NCBI GenBank assembly: GCA_963720925.1
Contig: CAVRHE010000012.1
Location: 11,160 to 75,159 of the forward strand
DNA from: an uncultured Acidobacteriota bacterium
Lineage (GTDB): Bacteria; Actinomycetota; Acidimicrobiia; Spongiisociales; ZC4RG35
Length of the DNA stretch: 64,000 nt
Direction of reading: 5' to 3'
The number at the start of each line of letters is the position of its first letter. Within the stretch, counting starts at the first letter, position 1. Both the position numbers and the translations under genes were made by a program. Below are positions 19,778 through 28,893 of this stretch, piece after piece. The notes under the pieces were generated by a model that was given only the letters and a program-made list of their open reading frames with translations, was not told the DNA's origin and searched no databases.

Positions 19778-21085
19778 TCAGCGACTGAATGGCGCGAACC
19801 GGGCCCGGGAGGCCTCGGGGACCCTCACTTCGAGGATCATGCCGTTGTCGTCGTGCTTCTCCTCGATCACCTCGCCTACCCGATGGACGGCAGCGACCAG
19901 GTCTCCCCGTGCGTAGGGGATCTCCAGGGTGAGCGTGACCATCGTCCGCTCCATCAGCGAGCCGATCCTCTCGAGCAGGCCCTCGAGCCCGGTCCCTTTC
20001 AGAGCGGAGATGAACACGGCATCCGGGTACAGGTTGCCCAGGCGGGTGAGAGCGTGCTCTCCGATCCTGTCGGCCTTGTTGATCGCAATCAGCTCGGGGA
20101 TCTCCGCCGCGCCGATCTCCAAGAGCACCTCGCGGACCGCTGCGATCTGCCCGGCGGGGTCCGGGTCGGTGCCGTCGACCACGTGAAGAAGGAGGTCGGC
20201 CTCGCCCACTTCGGACAGGGTGGACCGGAAGGCCTCCACGAGATGATGGGGTAGACGCCGAACGAACCCAACAGTGTCGGCGAGGAGCACAGTCTGCTGA
20301 TCGGGCAGGTCGAGGCGGCGGACCGTCGAATCGAGGGTGGCGAACAGCCGGTCCTCGACCAGGACATCGGCATCGGTGAGGGCATTGAGCAGCGTCGATT
20401 TCCCGGCATTGGTGTACCCGACGATCGATATCTGGGCGATGTCGGATTTCTTCCGCGCCTTGCGCTGGGTCGCCCTGTGCTTCACCGTCTCTTTCAATTC
20501 GCGTTCGAGCTTCGAGTTGCGCTCGAGGATGCGCCGTCGGTCGGTCTCGAGCTTGGTCTCGCCGGGCCCTCGGGCCAGGACGCCGGCGCCTTGCTGGGAG
20601 AGGCTGGTGCCCCGGCCCCGGAGTCTGGGGAGGTTGTAGCGATTCAGCGCCAACTCCACCTGGAGGGCGCCGACCTTGGTGTGGGCGTGCTGGGCGAATA
20701 TGTCCAGGATGAGGCCCTCCCGGTCGACCACGTCGCACCCGAACATCTTTTGGAGATTGCGCTGCTGAGCCGGTGTGAGCTGGTTGTCGAACACGACAAC
20801 GTCGATGTCGAGAGCGGCTGTCAGGTTGGCGATCTCCTCGGCCTTGCCCGACCCGATATAGGTGGCGGGGTCGATTCGGGTGCGTCGCACCAGCTCCTGA
20901 TCCACCGGCTCGGATCCGGCGGTGTCGGTGAGGAGTGCCAGCTCCTCGAGGCTGCGCTCGGAGTCGACGGTGCTCATTCCGGGCAGCTCGACGCCGACCA
21001 GGAAGGCGCGCTGTATGGCGACTTCGAGGTCGGTGACGGTCGCGGTGAGGCGACGACGGCGTCTGGAGGCGTGTTCCTGTGTCAT
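19778..21085 (-). CDS. hflX: GTPase HflX
   Basis: GKAEEIANL...FDNQLTPAQQRNLQKMFGCDVVDREGLILDIFAQHA...LQVELALNRYNLPRL, and G-domain VGYTNAGKSTLLNALT. Confidence 0.85.
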   Translation of the reverse strand: MTQEHASRRRRRLTATVTDLEVAIQRAFLVGVELPGMSTVDSERSLEELALLTDTAGSEPVDQELVRRTRIDPATYIGSGKAEEIANLTAALDIDVVVFDNQLTPAQQRNLQKMFGCDVVDREGLILDIFAQHAHTKVGALQVELALNRYNLPRLRGRGTSLSQQGAGVLARGPGETKLETDRRRILERNSKLERELKETVKHRATQRKARKKSDIAQISIVGYTNAGKSTLLNALTDADVLVEDRLFATLDSTVRRLDLPDQQTVLLADTVGFVRRLPHHLVEAFRSTLSEVGEADLLLHVVDGTDPDPAGQIAAVREVLLEIGAAEIPELIAINKADRIGEHALTRLGNLYPDAVFISALKGTGLEGLLERIGSLMERTMVTLTLEIPYARGDLVAAVHRVGEVIEEKHDDNGMILEVRVPEASRARFAPFSR

Positions 21086-21147
21086 GAGTGCTCGGCGAGC
21101 GGGATGTTGGCGGGTCCGACCGCCCAATGCCGGGGGATTTCGGGCGC

Positions 21148-21457
21148 TCAGAGGTATTGGCCCTCGTCTCCCACGTGATCGACTTCTTCCTCCGCGATGA
21201 TCTGGGACTCACGCACCGCGATCACCGGCTTCCCGGTAGCCGGCCAGATGAACCGCCACGCGCCCGTCGGCACGGCCCAGAAACGTTGGCCTGTCCTGAC
21301 GTCGACGAGCGTCAAAGCATCGTTTCCGTCTTTCGTCCCGATGGGGACGAGGAGGCCCGAGCGGGTGGTGGACTCCTCGGGGGCATGACCGACTCTCCAG
21401 CCGGCCATGACCTTGTAGCCGTTGTCGTGGTAGATCGGAAGGTTCGAAGTCATCATC
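21148..21457 (-). CDS. Hypothetical protein (about 102 aa), co-oriented upstream of hflX
   Basis: ORF MMTSNLPIYHDNGYKVMAGWRVGH... has a GGAGGGAGGG RBS immediately upstream of ATGATG at 21452-21457. I recognise no family. Confidence 0.4.
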
Positions 21458-21558
21458 CCTCCCTCCAATTCTCGCATGTGCAAGGGTCAAGGGGAACTCA
21501 CGCCCACGAGGTGCGGCCGCGCGCCCGATGGCTCCTCCCATATAGGCTCGGACATCTC

Positions 21559-23835
21559 ATGGCCCGCAAACCGACTTTCTCCGAAGCTCTCGAATACCAC
21601 GAGAAGCCGACCCCGGGCAAGATCGCGATCCGGTCGACCAAGCCCACAGCGACCCAGGCCGACCTGAGCCTCGCCTACACCCCTGGGGTGGCCGAGCCTT
21701 GTCTCGTCATCGCCGACGATGCCGACGCCGCCTTTCGGTTCACGAACAGAGGAAATCTGGTCGCCGTTGTGTCCAACGGGACGGCGGTGCTGGGCCTGGG
21801 CAACATCGGCCCTCTCGCCAGCAAGCCGGTGATGGAGGGCAAAGGCGTGTTGTTCAAGCGCTTCGCCGACATCGACGTCTTCGACCTCGAGATCGACGCC
21901 ACCGACCCTGAGCAGGTCATCAGGTTCTGCGAGATGCTGGCCCCCACCGTGGGCGGCATCAATCTCGAAGACATCAAGGCACCGGAATGCTTCGTCATAG
22001 AACAGACCCTCCGCGATCGTCTCGACATCCCGGTGTTCCACGACGACCAACACGGGACAGCCATCATCGGTGGGGCAGCCTTCCTCAATGCTCTCGAGCT
22101 GACGGGGCGTGACATCTCCCGGGTCAAGGTCGTGTTCGCCGGGGCGGGAGCGGCAGGGATCGCCTCGGCGCGCTTCTTCATCGAGCTCGGCATGAGCCCG
22201 GAGAACATCCTCATGGTCGACTCGGTCGGCGTGATCCACAACGGGCGGGACGACCTGAACGACATCAAGAGGGAGTTCGCGATCGAGACGGACGCGCGCA
22301 CCCTCGAAGACGCCCTGGTGGGTGCGGATGCCTTCATCGGCGTCTCCATCGCCGGCACGGTGACCAAAGAGATGATTCAGACGATGGCGGACCGGCCGAT
22401 CGTCTTTGCCCTGGCCAACCCCGACCCCGAGATCAGCTACCCGGACGCCCTCGCGGCGAGGCCCGACGTGATCATGGCCACCGGGCGCAGCGATTATCCG
22501 AACCAGGTGAACAACGTCCTCGGATTTCCCTTCATCTTCCGGGGTGCGCTCGACGTCAGGGCCCGCGGCGTCTCGGAGGGGATGAAGATCGCTGCCGTCC
22601 ACGCGCTCGCCGAGCTGGCCAAGGAACCCGTGCCCGACTCGGTCCTCCGTGCCTACGACCTCGACCGTCTTCAGTTCGGTCCCGAATATCTCATTCCGAA
22701 GCCGTTCGACCCCCGGGTCCTCTGGCGGGTGGCACCGGCGGTGGCGAGGGCCGCGATGGAGGAGGGTCTGGCTCGGGCTCCCATCGACGACTTCGACGAG
22801 TACATCTCCCAGCTCCAAACCCGGTTCAATGCGTCGCACGGTTTGATCAACGCCATCACCACCAGGGCGATGGAGCAGCCGAAGAAGGTCGTCTATCCCC
22901 ACGCCGAAGACGTGCGCATGATCCGTGCCGCCAGGAGGGTGACCGACGAGGGGATCGGCAGCGTCGTGCTGTTGGGTGACTCCGTCCGGATCCACGGCCT
23001 GGCCGAGGAGGCGGGGATATCCGTCGACGGGATCCAAGTTGTCGATCACATCAAGGAGGAGGCCGACCGGGATCGCTATGCGCTCATCCTCGAACAGCTC
23101 CGACGGCACAAGGGACTGTCGCTCCAGGATGCCAGGAGGCAGACCGAGGACCCCGCCATGTACGCATGCCTCATGGTGCGCGAGGGTGCTGCCGACGCGG
23201 TGATCGGGGGGCTGAGCAGCCACTACCCGGAGACCATCAGACCCGCCCTGCAGGTGCTTCAGGTGGAGGAGGGACGTTCGATCGTGAGCTCGACGTACCT
23301 GGTGGTCGTGCAGGGCACCGCCTACTTCTTCACGGACTGTGCGGTCAACATCGAGCCGACGGCCGAGCAGCTGGCCGAGATCGCCCTTGCCGCGACCACG
23401 ACCGCCGAAGAGGACTTCGCCCGGAGCCCGCGTGTCGCCTTCATCAGCTACTCCGACTTTGGATCGGCAGGTGGCAGCGAGCCCGCCCGGGTGCGGCGAG
23501 CGGTGGAGCTTTTCCGTCTCGCCCGACCGGACATCCCCGTCGACGGTGAGATGCAGGCCGACACCGCCGTGATACCGGAGTTGCTCGCCGATCGCCGTCC
23601 GAGAGGAGCGCTGAGCCGGGCGGCCAACGTCCTCGTCTTCCCCAACCTGACCGCTGCCAACGCGTCTTACAAGCTGCTCAACCGGCTCGGGGACGCCGAG
23701 GTGATCGGGCCCATCCTCAGTGGGCTGTCCAAGACGGTCCACGTCATGCAACGTGACGCCTCCGTCAACGACGTCGTCAACATGACCGCCATCGCCGTGG
23801 CCGAGGCACAGCGCCGGGAGCGGGCCGGGTCGTAA
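21559..23835 (+). CDS. maeB: NADP-dependent malic enzyme (malic enzyme domain plus phosphotransacetylase-like C-terminal domain)
   Basis: [20 protein letters not shown]...[13 protein letters not shown]...[12 protein letters not shown]...[11 protein letters not shown], with a PTA-like C-terminal half. The start is set at Met 21559. Confidence 0.9.
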   Translation: MARKPTFSEALEYHEKPTPGKIAIRSTKPTATQADLSLAYTPGVAEPCLVIADDADAAFRFTNRGNLVAVVSNGTAVLGLGNIGPLASKPVMEGKGVLFKRFADIDVFDLEIDATDPEQVIRFCEMLAPTVGGINLEDIKAPECFVIEQTLRDRLDIPVFHDDQHGTAIIGGAAFLNALELTGRDISRVKVVFAGAGAAGIASARFFIELGMSPENILMVDSVGVIHNGRDDLNDIKREFAIETDARTLEDALVGADAFIGVSIAGTVTKEMIQTMADRPIVFALANPDPEISYPDALAARPDVIMATGRSDYPNQVNNVLGFPFIFRGALDVRARGVSEGMKIAAVHALAELAKEPVPDSVLRAYDLDRLQFGPEYLIPKPFDPRVLWRVAPAVARAAMEEGLARAPIDDFDEYISQLQTRFNASHGLINAITTRAMEQPKKVVYPHAEDVRMIRAARRVTDEGIGSVVLLGDSVRIHGLAEEAGISVDGIQVVDHIKEEADRDRYALILEQLRRHKGLSLQDARRQTEDPAMYACLMVREGAADAVIGGLSSHYPETIRPALQVLQVEEGRSIVSSTYLVVVQGTAYFFTDCAVNIEPTAEQLAEIALAATTTAEEDFARSPRVAFISYSDFGSAGGSEPARVRRAVELFRLARPDIPVDGEMQADTAVIPELLADRRPRGALSRAANVLVFPNLTAANASYKLLNRLGDAEVIGPILSGLSKTVHVMQRDASVNDVVNMTAIAVAEAQRRERAGS

Positions 23836-23850
23836 CCCGGAGACGAGGCT

Positions 23851-24216
23851 CTACTCGTCTCGATGGCTGACGATGTTGATCACGTTCCCGTCCGGGTCGC
23901 GCACGAGGAACCTGCGGACACCCCACGGTTCGTCGGTCAGCGGATGAACGATCTCATAGCCGCGGCGCTGCGCTTCGGCATAGGCCTCGTCGACGTCGTT
24001 CCCGACGTGGACTGAGATCAGAGAGTCCTGGGGACTTGTGGCGTCTCGCGTCACGAGCTGGACGCTCGCTCGCCCATCGGGCGACAAATAGCGTGCGACC
24101 CACCCGAGGTTGAGACCCTCCACGCTCAATCCGAGGAAGTCCGTGTAGAAGCCTCGCGCCGCGTCGATATCAGCAACTGGCAAGTTCGTCGTGACTCCAG
24201 TTACTCGCACGTCCAC
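23851..24216 (-). CDS. VOC (glyoxalase/bleomycin-resistance) family protein
   Basis: VTTNLPVADIDAARGFYTDFLGLSV...PWGVRRFLVRDPDGNVINIVSH. GTG start at 24216. Confidence 0.7.
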   Translation of the reverse strand: MDVRVTGVTTNLPVADIDAARGFYTDFLGLSVEGLNLGWVARYLSPDGRASVQLVTRDATSPQDSLISVHVGNDVDEAYAEAQRRGYEIVHPLTDEPWGVRRFLVRDPDGNVINIVSHRDE

Positions 24217-24271
24217 TCCTTGACCATGTCGGATGCAACCTTGCGATCGTGGCGTGGCCTGGCGGCGACGC

Positions 24272-24712
24272 TCAGGCGACCGCGGTCTTGACGAGCGCAA
24301 CGACCTTCTTCTCGACCGCGGGGGTCCACTCGACGATCGCGAACACAACCGGCCACATCGGGCCGTCGTCGAGGGTGGCCGCATCTTCGAATCCCAACAT
24401 GGCGTAGCGCCCCTCGAACTTGGACGCGGCCTTGAAGAAGCAGACGAGCTTGCCGTCTGGTTTCCCGTAGGCGGGCATCCCGTACCAGGTCCTCGGCAGG
24501 AGCTCGGGGGCGTTCGCTGTGACGAGTGCGTGGATGCGCTCGGCGATCGAGCGGTCGGCAGCCGGCATCTCGGCGATCGCGTCGAGCACAGCCTGCTCGT
24601 TGTCGGCCTTCTTCTGGCCGCTGCGGCCCTGCGCTTTCAGCTCCTGGGCGCGCGCCCTCATGGCGTCGCGCTCCGCCTCTGAGAAACCGTCGGTCTTCTT
24701 CGTGGTGCTCAT
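24272..24712 (-). CDS. DUF1801 (YdhG-like) domain protein
   Basis: MSTTKKTDGFSEAERDAMRARAQELKA...WYGMPAYGKPDGKLVCFFKAASKF..., with the start at Met 24712. Confidence 0.6.
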   Translation of the reverse strand: MSTTKKTDGFSEAERDAMRARAQELKAQGRSGQKKADNEQAVLDAIAEMPAADRSIAERIHALVTANAPELLPRTWYGMPAYGKPDGKLVCFFKAASKFEGRYAMLGFEDAATLDDGPMWPVVFAIVEWTPAVEKKVVALVKTAVA

Positions 24713-24881
24713 GCTTTGACCTCCTGTCGAGTCACTTCTGAACCTACGAGGCGATGCGGTGCTTTTGCTTCTCGAATCCTGCTCGATCGCACTGCGGCCA
24801 TCGTCTCCGCGGTCCGTCCAGCATTCTTCATGGATTCGGTAACAAGGGTTGGCGGGCGGCGAGCGTGCGGACCTTGTCTCG

Positions 24882-25577
24882 TCAGGTGAACACATTGACC
24901 GCACGAGCGATGACGAGCGACAGGATGGCGAGCGAGGCCAAGGATTGCACCGCCATGGTCATCTTCGCCCACGTCGCCAAGGGCATCACATCAGTGGGGC
25001 TGAACGCCTGTGCGTTCGTGAGGGCGAGATACATGTAGTCGACGTAGCGGGGCCGCCAGTGGGGCGGGGCGAGCTCGGATTTCATCTGTTGCGGAAACGC
25101 GAGGTCCGGATACCGCCGGAGCCCATGTGCGCGCTGAGCTGCGCCGCCTCCATCGAGTTCCCAGTAGAGCAGGGAGAAGGCGACGTTGATGGAGAGCCAC
25201 ACCAGGACACCGGCACGAAGCAGTTCGCCGGCCGAGTTGGTGATCGTTCCGCCGGTGATGAGCTGATCGATCAGCAGAGCGGTCGACCACATCCCACTGA
25301 GCATGAGGATCGAAACCAGGCCGATCGACAAGATACGCAGCCACCGAGCGCGTCGACTGATCGCGCCTGGGTCGGCGAAGACGAGGGCAAGCAGTAGGGC
25401 GCCCTCGACCGCCGCCAGGGCCCATCGTGGAAGGTATCGAACCTCCTCGGGCATGAGGAACGTCAGAATCATCGCAAACAGCACGGCGAGCGCCATCGGC
25501 CACCGTGTCTCGCCCTTGATCTCGCCGGACACCATCACCTCGTCGGGGGCGCCGGCCACGTCCCGAGAGCCTGTCAC
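24882..25577 (-). CDS. DUF1345-like integral membrane protein
   Basis: Multiple TM helices and the conserved block INVAFSLLYWELDGGG...DYMYLALTNAQAFSPTDV. Confidence 0.6.
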   Translation of the reverse strand: MTGSRDVAGAPDEVMVSGEIKGETRWPMALAVLFAMILTFLMPEEVRYLPRWALAAVEGALLLALVFADPGAISRRARWLRILSIGLVSILMLSGMWSTALLIDQLITGGTITNSAGELLRAGVLVWLSINVAFSLLYWELDGGGAAQRAHGLRRYPDLAFPQQMKSELAPPHWRPRYVDYMYLALTNAQAFSPTDVMPLATWAKMTMAVQSLASLAILSLVIARAVNVFT

Positions 25578-25662
25578 GGCACGACCGTAGCGGACAGGTC
25601 CGGGCGTCGAAGCACGCCTCCAGCCACTTCAGGATTTCGAGTTTGGACTGAACGCCCGCTCC

Positions 25663-25684
25663 CTTGTGACCGCTATGTCACAAG
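25663..25684. promoter_or_regulatory. Perfect 8-bp inverted repeat (candidate operator) upstream of the DUF1345 gene
   Basis: CTTGTGAC-CGCTAT-GTCACAAG lies 86-107 nt upstream of the start at 25577, inside a 167-nt intergenic region. Confidence 0.3.
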
Positions 25685-25744
25685 ACGCTCTCTGCGCGTT
25701 TTTCGAACCAGCGGCACCGTGGGGGTAGTGGCTCACGGGCAGGC

Positions 25745-26311
25745 TCAGAGCGGTCCCGAAAATGGGGACCTCCTAAGCCTGTTTCCGGCCGCTCCATCGT
25801 GCCGCCCTCCCCTCGCCCGGCGAAGTGCGAAGCCGATCCCGACCAGGGCCGCCACGGGCAAGATCACGATCAGATTGAGGCCAAGCAGGTAGGTGAGACC
25901 TCCCCAAGCTCCTGCGACGAGTAGCACCCAGCCGAGGTCCATCGCGGCAGACACCCGGCCGACTGAGAGCCGAGGCGCGGGAAACTCCGGCTCTGAATCG
26001 GCGGTTCGCTCCCAGTCTCGATCATCCCATTCCGGAGCCGTCCGGCTTCGTGCGGCGTGGTTTCCGCGCACGAGCACCCTTGGGAATGGCTCGTCACCGA
26101 TGGAGACCAGGAGCCCGAGCATGAACGCTGCCGCGAGCAGCCAATACCACTCGAGCTGCTCGCCTTCGGCGGACACGGTGAACCATCCGGTGACAGTGGT
26201 CAGCGTGAGGAGGAGGCACAGAAACCCGGCGAACGCGAAGACATAACGGAGAAGAGCCCAGAGGTGGATGAGGACTGTCACGGCAGCTGTGCGTCCTGAA
26301 CGTACTGCCAT
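25745..26311 (-). CDS. Hypothetical membrane protein (4 predicted TM segments)
   Basis: Only the C-terminal 188 codons of ORF 25745-27016 look protein-like (hydrophobic helices VTVLIHLWALLRYVFAFAGFLCLLL, WYWLLAAAFMLGLLV, and others). The start is uncertain. Confidence 0.4.
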   Translation of the reverse strand: MAVRSGRTAAVTVLIHLWALLRYVFAFAGFLCLLLTLTTVTGWFTVSAEGEQLEWYWLLAAAFMLGLLVSIGDEPFPRVLVRGNHAARSRTAPEWDDRDWERTADSEPEFPAPRLSVGRVSAAMDLGWVLLVAGAWGGLTYLLGLNLIVILPVAALVGIGFALRRARGGRHDGAAGNRLRRSPFSGPL

Positions 26312-26906
26312 TCGGTCTCCTCGGTGCAATCCCAGGCGGAGAGACGACAGATCCCCGCCTCCACCGCCCAGGGGAATTTCGTCGCTTATGTTCGGAGCGC
26401 TCGCCCGCCTTGGACGCCGTGCACTCAGTCGGAACAAGATTTCCCGAATGTCGTCCCAGCGAAACCAAGCGCGAAGAATTTCCGGCGGTCCAGTGTCTCC
26501 GCCACCCGAGTGACACGCCGATGCATGGCGAACCCCGGCGGGCCGTTCCGAGGGGCAACGGTCCGCTGGGGCTCGGTTGTCGCCCTCCCCACCGCTCCGT
26601 AACCCCCATACGCAACGAGCGGACATTGGGTTCGCGCGATCGACGGAAAACCCCTGGAGGGGTCGCGGCCGACATCCAGGCCCGCGGCGGACCTGGCTTT
26701 TCCTTCCAATACTCCTCGTACTGAAAGGGCAAATAGACGAACTCGAGCATCGACATTTGCTGTCTTTTCGCACGACCACACCGTGTGGCTGTCCTCCTGG
26801 AGACGAACGGGCTACGCGAGTTTCGACAGTCCTCACGAGGCAATGGCACAGAGCCTTCTGCCTCGTTCGCCGTCGTGGTGTGCCAATAACTACCGTCCCG
26901 TCGCCC

Positions 26907-27524
26907 ATGAAATTCAGGATCGTCCCAACCAGCCGAGAGTTCTTCGATGATTTCTCTTTGGCAGCACAGAACCTCTCAGAGTGCGTGGACCGTTTCAAGG
27001 ACGTGCTGGCAGACACATCTGAGGCTTCCGAGCGTCATGTCGCCGTGAAAGAGGTCGAGCGGACGGGAGACGAATACACCTCGCGCATCCTCGCGAGGCT
27101 CGACTCCACCTTCGTAACTCCGTTCGATCCCGAAGACATCCAGAGGCTGGCCCAAGGGATCGATGATGTCGTCGACGACATCTACCACGTCTCGGAGATG
27201 GTGGTGCTCACCAACATCACGGATCTGATACCCGAGGTCACGGAGCAGGTGGAAGTCCTCAGCAAGATGGCGTCGAAAGTCGTCGAGCTGTTCGATCGCT
27301 TCGAGGACATGCGAGGGCTGAAACCCATCATCGCCGAGATAGAAGGGCTGGAGAGCGAGGGAAATCGCATCTATCGCAGAGCAGTCGCCCGACTCTTCTC
27401 GGGAGAAATGGGCGCCGTCGACGTCATTCGCTGGAAGGACATTGTCGAGTCTCTTGAAGCGGTGCTCGACCGAATCGAGGACGTGACAAACATCGTCACC
27501 ACGATCGTCGTCAAGCAGGCCTGA
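26907..27524 (+). CDS. DUF47 (PhoU-like / YkaA-type) phosphate-transport regulator
   Basis: MKFRIVPTSREFFDDF...VKEVERTGDEYTSRILARLDSTFVTPFDPEDIQRLAQGIDDVVD..., located immediately upstream of pit. Confidence 0.8.
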   Translation: MKFRIVPTSREFFDDFSLAAQNLSECVDRFKDVLADTSEASERHVAVKEVERTGDEYTSRILARLDSTFVTPFDPEDIQRLAQGIDDVVDDIYHVSEMVVLTNITDLIPEVTEQVEVLSKMASKVVELFDRFEDMRGLKPIIAEIEGLESEGNRIYRRAVARLFSGEMGAVDVIRWKDIVESLEAVLDRIEDVTNIVTTIVVKQA

Positions 27525-27536
27525 GGTCGACCGATC

Positions 27537-28529
27537 GTGGAGATCGGCGCGATCGTCGTCATCCTGCTCGCGCTGGCCTTCGATTTCACCAACGGATTCC
27601 ACGACGCGGCCAACTCGATCGCCACGGTCGTATCGACCCGCGTTCTCTCTCCTCGCTATGCGGTCATTTGGGCCGCGTTCTTCAACTTCGTCGCCTTTCT
27701 CATCTTCAGTACTCGGGTCGCCGACACAATCGCCAACGACGTTGTGGTCCAGAGCGCCCTCACCGTTGGAGTGATCTTCGCCGGCCTCCTCGGTGCGATC
27801 GCCTGGAACCTGTTGACGTTCTGGCTCGGCCTCCCAACCAGCTCGTCGCACGCCCTAGTCGGTGGCATGGCGGGTGCTGCAGTGGTGCGCGGTGGTTTCG
27901 ATGTCCTCATCTCGGAGGGGTTGGCGACTATCGGCGCCTTCATCGTGCTTTCTCCGTTGGTCGGACTCGCCATCGGGCTGCTATTGACCGTGATCATCCA
28001 GTGGCTGTTTCACCGGGATCGGAACATCGACAGATTGAACAAGGGCTTCCGCCGTGGTCAGCTCGTTTCGGCGGCCGCGTTCAGCTTGGGACATGGCGGC
28101 AATGACGCCCAGAAGACAATGGGCATCATCCTGGCGGTCCTCATCGCCGTTGGGAACGTCCCGGCGGATGCCGAAGTGCCCTTGTGGGTCGTCCTTTCCG
28201 CACACACCGCGATCGCGCTGGGAACCCTTTTCGGCGGATGGCGGATCGTGAAGACCATGGGGTTCAAACTCACCAAGCTGCAGCCCTCGGGTGGTGTGGC
28301 CGCGGAGAGTGCCGCCGCCGCCACACTCTTCTTCGCCTCGGCACAGGGCATACCGGTCTCGACGACGCACACCATCACCGGGGCGATCGTCGGAGTGGGG
28401 GCGGCCCGTCGCATGTCGGCGGTGCGGTGGCGGGTGGCTGGCAGGGTGCTGTGGGCGTGGATCTTCACCATCCCGGGCGCGGCTCTGGTCGCTGGCATAT
28501 TCTCTCTCATATTGGAAGCGTTGGCATGA
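27537..28529 (+). CDS. pit: Inorganic phosphate transporter, PiT (PHO4) family
   Basis: FDFTNGFHDAANSIATVVSTR and GHGGNDAQKTMGII signature repeats, polytopic membrane protein. Confidence 0.9.
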   Translation: MEIGAIVVILLALAFDFTNGFHDAANSIATVVSTRVLSPRYAVIWAAFFNFVAFLIFSTRVADTIANDVVVQSALTVGVIFAGLLGAIAWNLLTFWLGLPTSSSHALVGGMAGAAVVRGGFDVLISEGLATIGAFIVLSPLVGLAIGLLLTVIIQWLFHRDRNIDRLNKGFRRGQLVSAAAFSLGHGGNDAQKTMGIILAVLIAVGNVPADAEVPLWVVLSAHTAIALGTLFGGWRIVKTMGFKLTKLQPSGGVAAESAAAATLFFASAQGIPVSTTHTITGAIVGVGAARRMSAVRWRVAGRVLWAWIFTIPGAALVAGIFSLILEALA

Positions 28530-28720
28530 ACGATCGGAGGGCGTACTTCTTCCTGGCAGCGGCCCTTGCGGTCCTCGCTGTACAGGGCCTCGTTCCCCAG
28601 TACCGATGGTTGACCCTTTCCGTGGCGATCCTCTACCTGGTCTTCGCCCTCGCCTTTGCGACCGCCAACCTCTCGGCCAGGCGAGCATCGATCAAGAAAC
28701 GCCAGTCTCAGGACGGCTGA
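28526..28720 (+). CDS. Small membrane protein (64 aa), translationally coupled to pit
   Basis: ATGA overlap with the pit stop. MNDRRAYFFLAAALAVLAVQGLVPQYRWLTLSVAILYLVFALAFATANL gives two hydrophobic helices. Confidence 0.4.
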   Translation: MNDRRAYFFLAAALAVLAVQGLVPQYRWLTLSVAILYLVFALAFATANLSARRASIKKRQSQDG

Positions 28721-28893
28721 ATCAGCCTGTCGTCCGCAAGCCCGTCGAGAACTCCCGTCAGAAGCCCATTCTCGTCTCTTCATGGCGTTGATCACGTCCG
28801 ACGGTGCAAGGCCTCGTAGGTATCGATCTGTGGTGACCAACGATGCGTGACCTAGAAGTATCGGCGGAATCGTCGACTAGTAGTAGGCGAAAC

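Noticed and set aside
19527-21212. 561-aa Arg/Pro-rich minus-strand ORF overlapping hflX and the ppgK 3' end
   Set aside because: It is an alternative frame of the hflX strand. The extreme R/P/G composition is not protein-like, whereas the HflX frame has all GTPase motifs.
21487-23751. 754-aa minus-strand ORF opposite maeB
   Set aside because: It is a shadow ORF antisense to a full-length malic enzyme, with no recognisable domains and a biased composition.
25663-25684. CRP/FNR-family binding site
   Set aside because: The TGTGA and TCACA pentamers are separated by 8 nt, not the canonical 6. I report it only as a generic palindromic operator.
26352-26365. tmRNA/tRNA 3'-end-like string TCCCCGCCTCCACC
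   Set aside because: There is no T-loop (GTTCRANYC) upstream, no acceptor partner and no tag-peptide reading frame. The upstream sequence belongs to a membrane-protein gene.
26691-26725. 15-nt identity (CCAATACTCCTCGTA) with the 3' end of the FNR gene at 28906-28920, which would encode YEEYW on the minus strand (possible FNR paralogue relic)
   Set aside because: A handful of 15-mer matches are expected by chance in 64 kb over both strands. Similarity decays immediately outside the core, and no further FNR-like sequence follows. I kept it only as a weak hint under the 26312-26906 finding.
26312-27016. N-terminal 235 codons of the 423-aa ORF 25745-27016
   Set aside because: Only the C-terminal 188 codons are membrane-protein-like. 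The upstream part overlaps the DUF47 gene start and reads as low-complexity R/G/S/P sequence.
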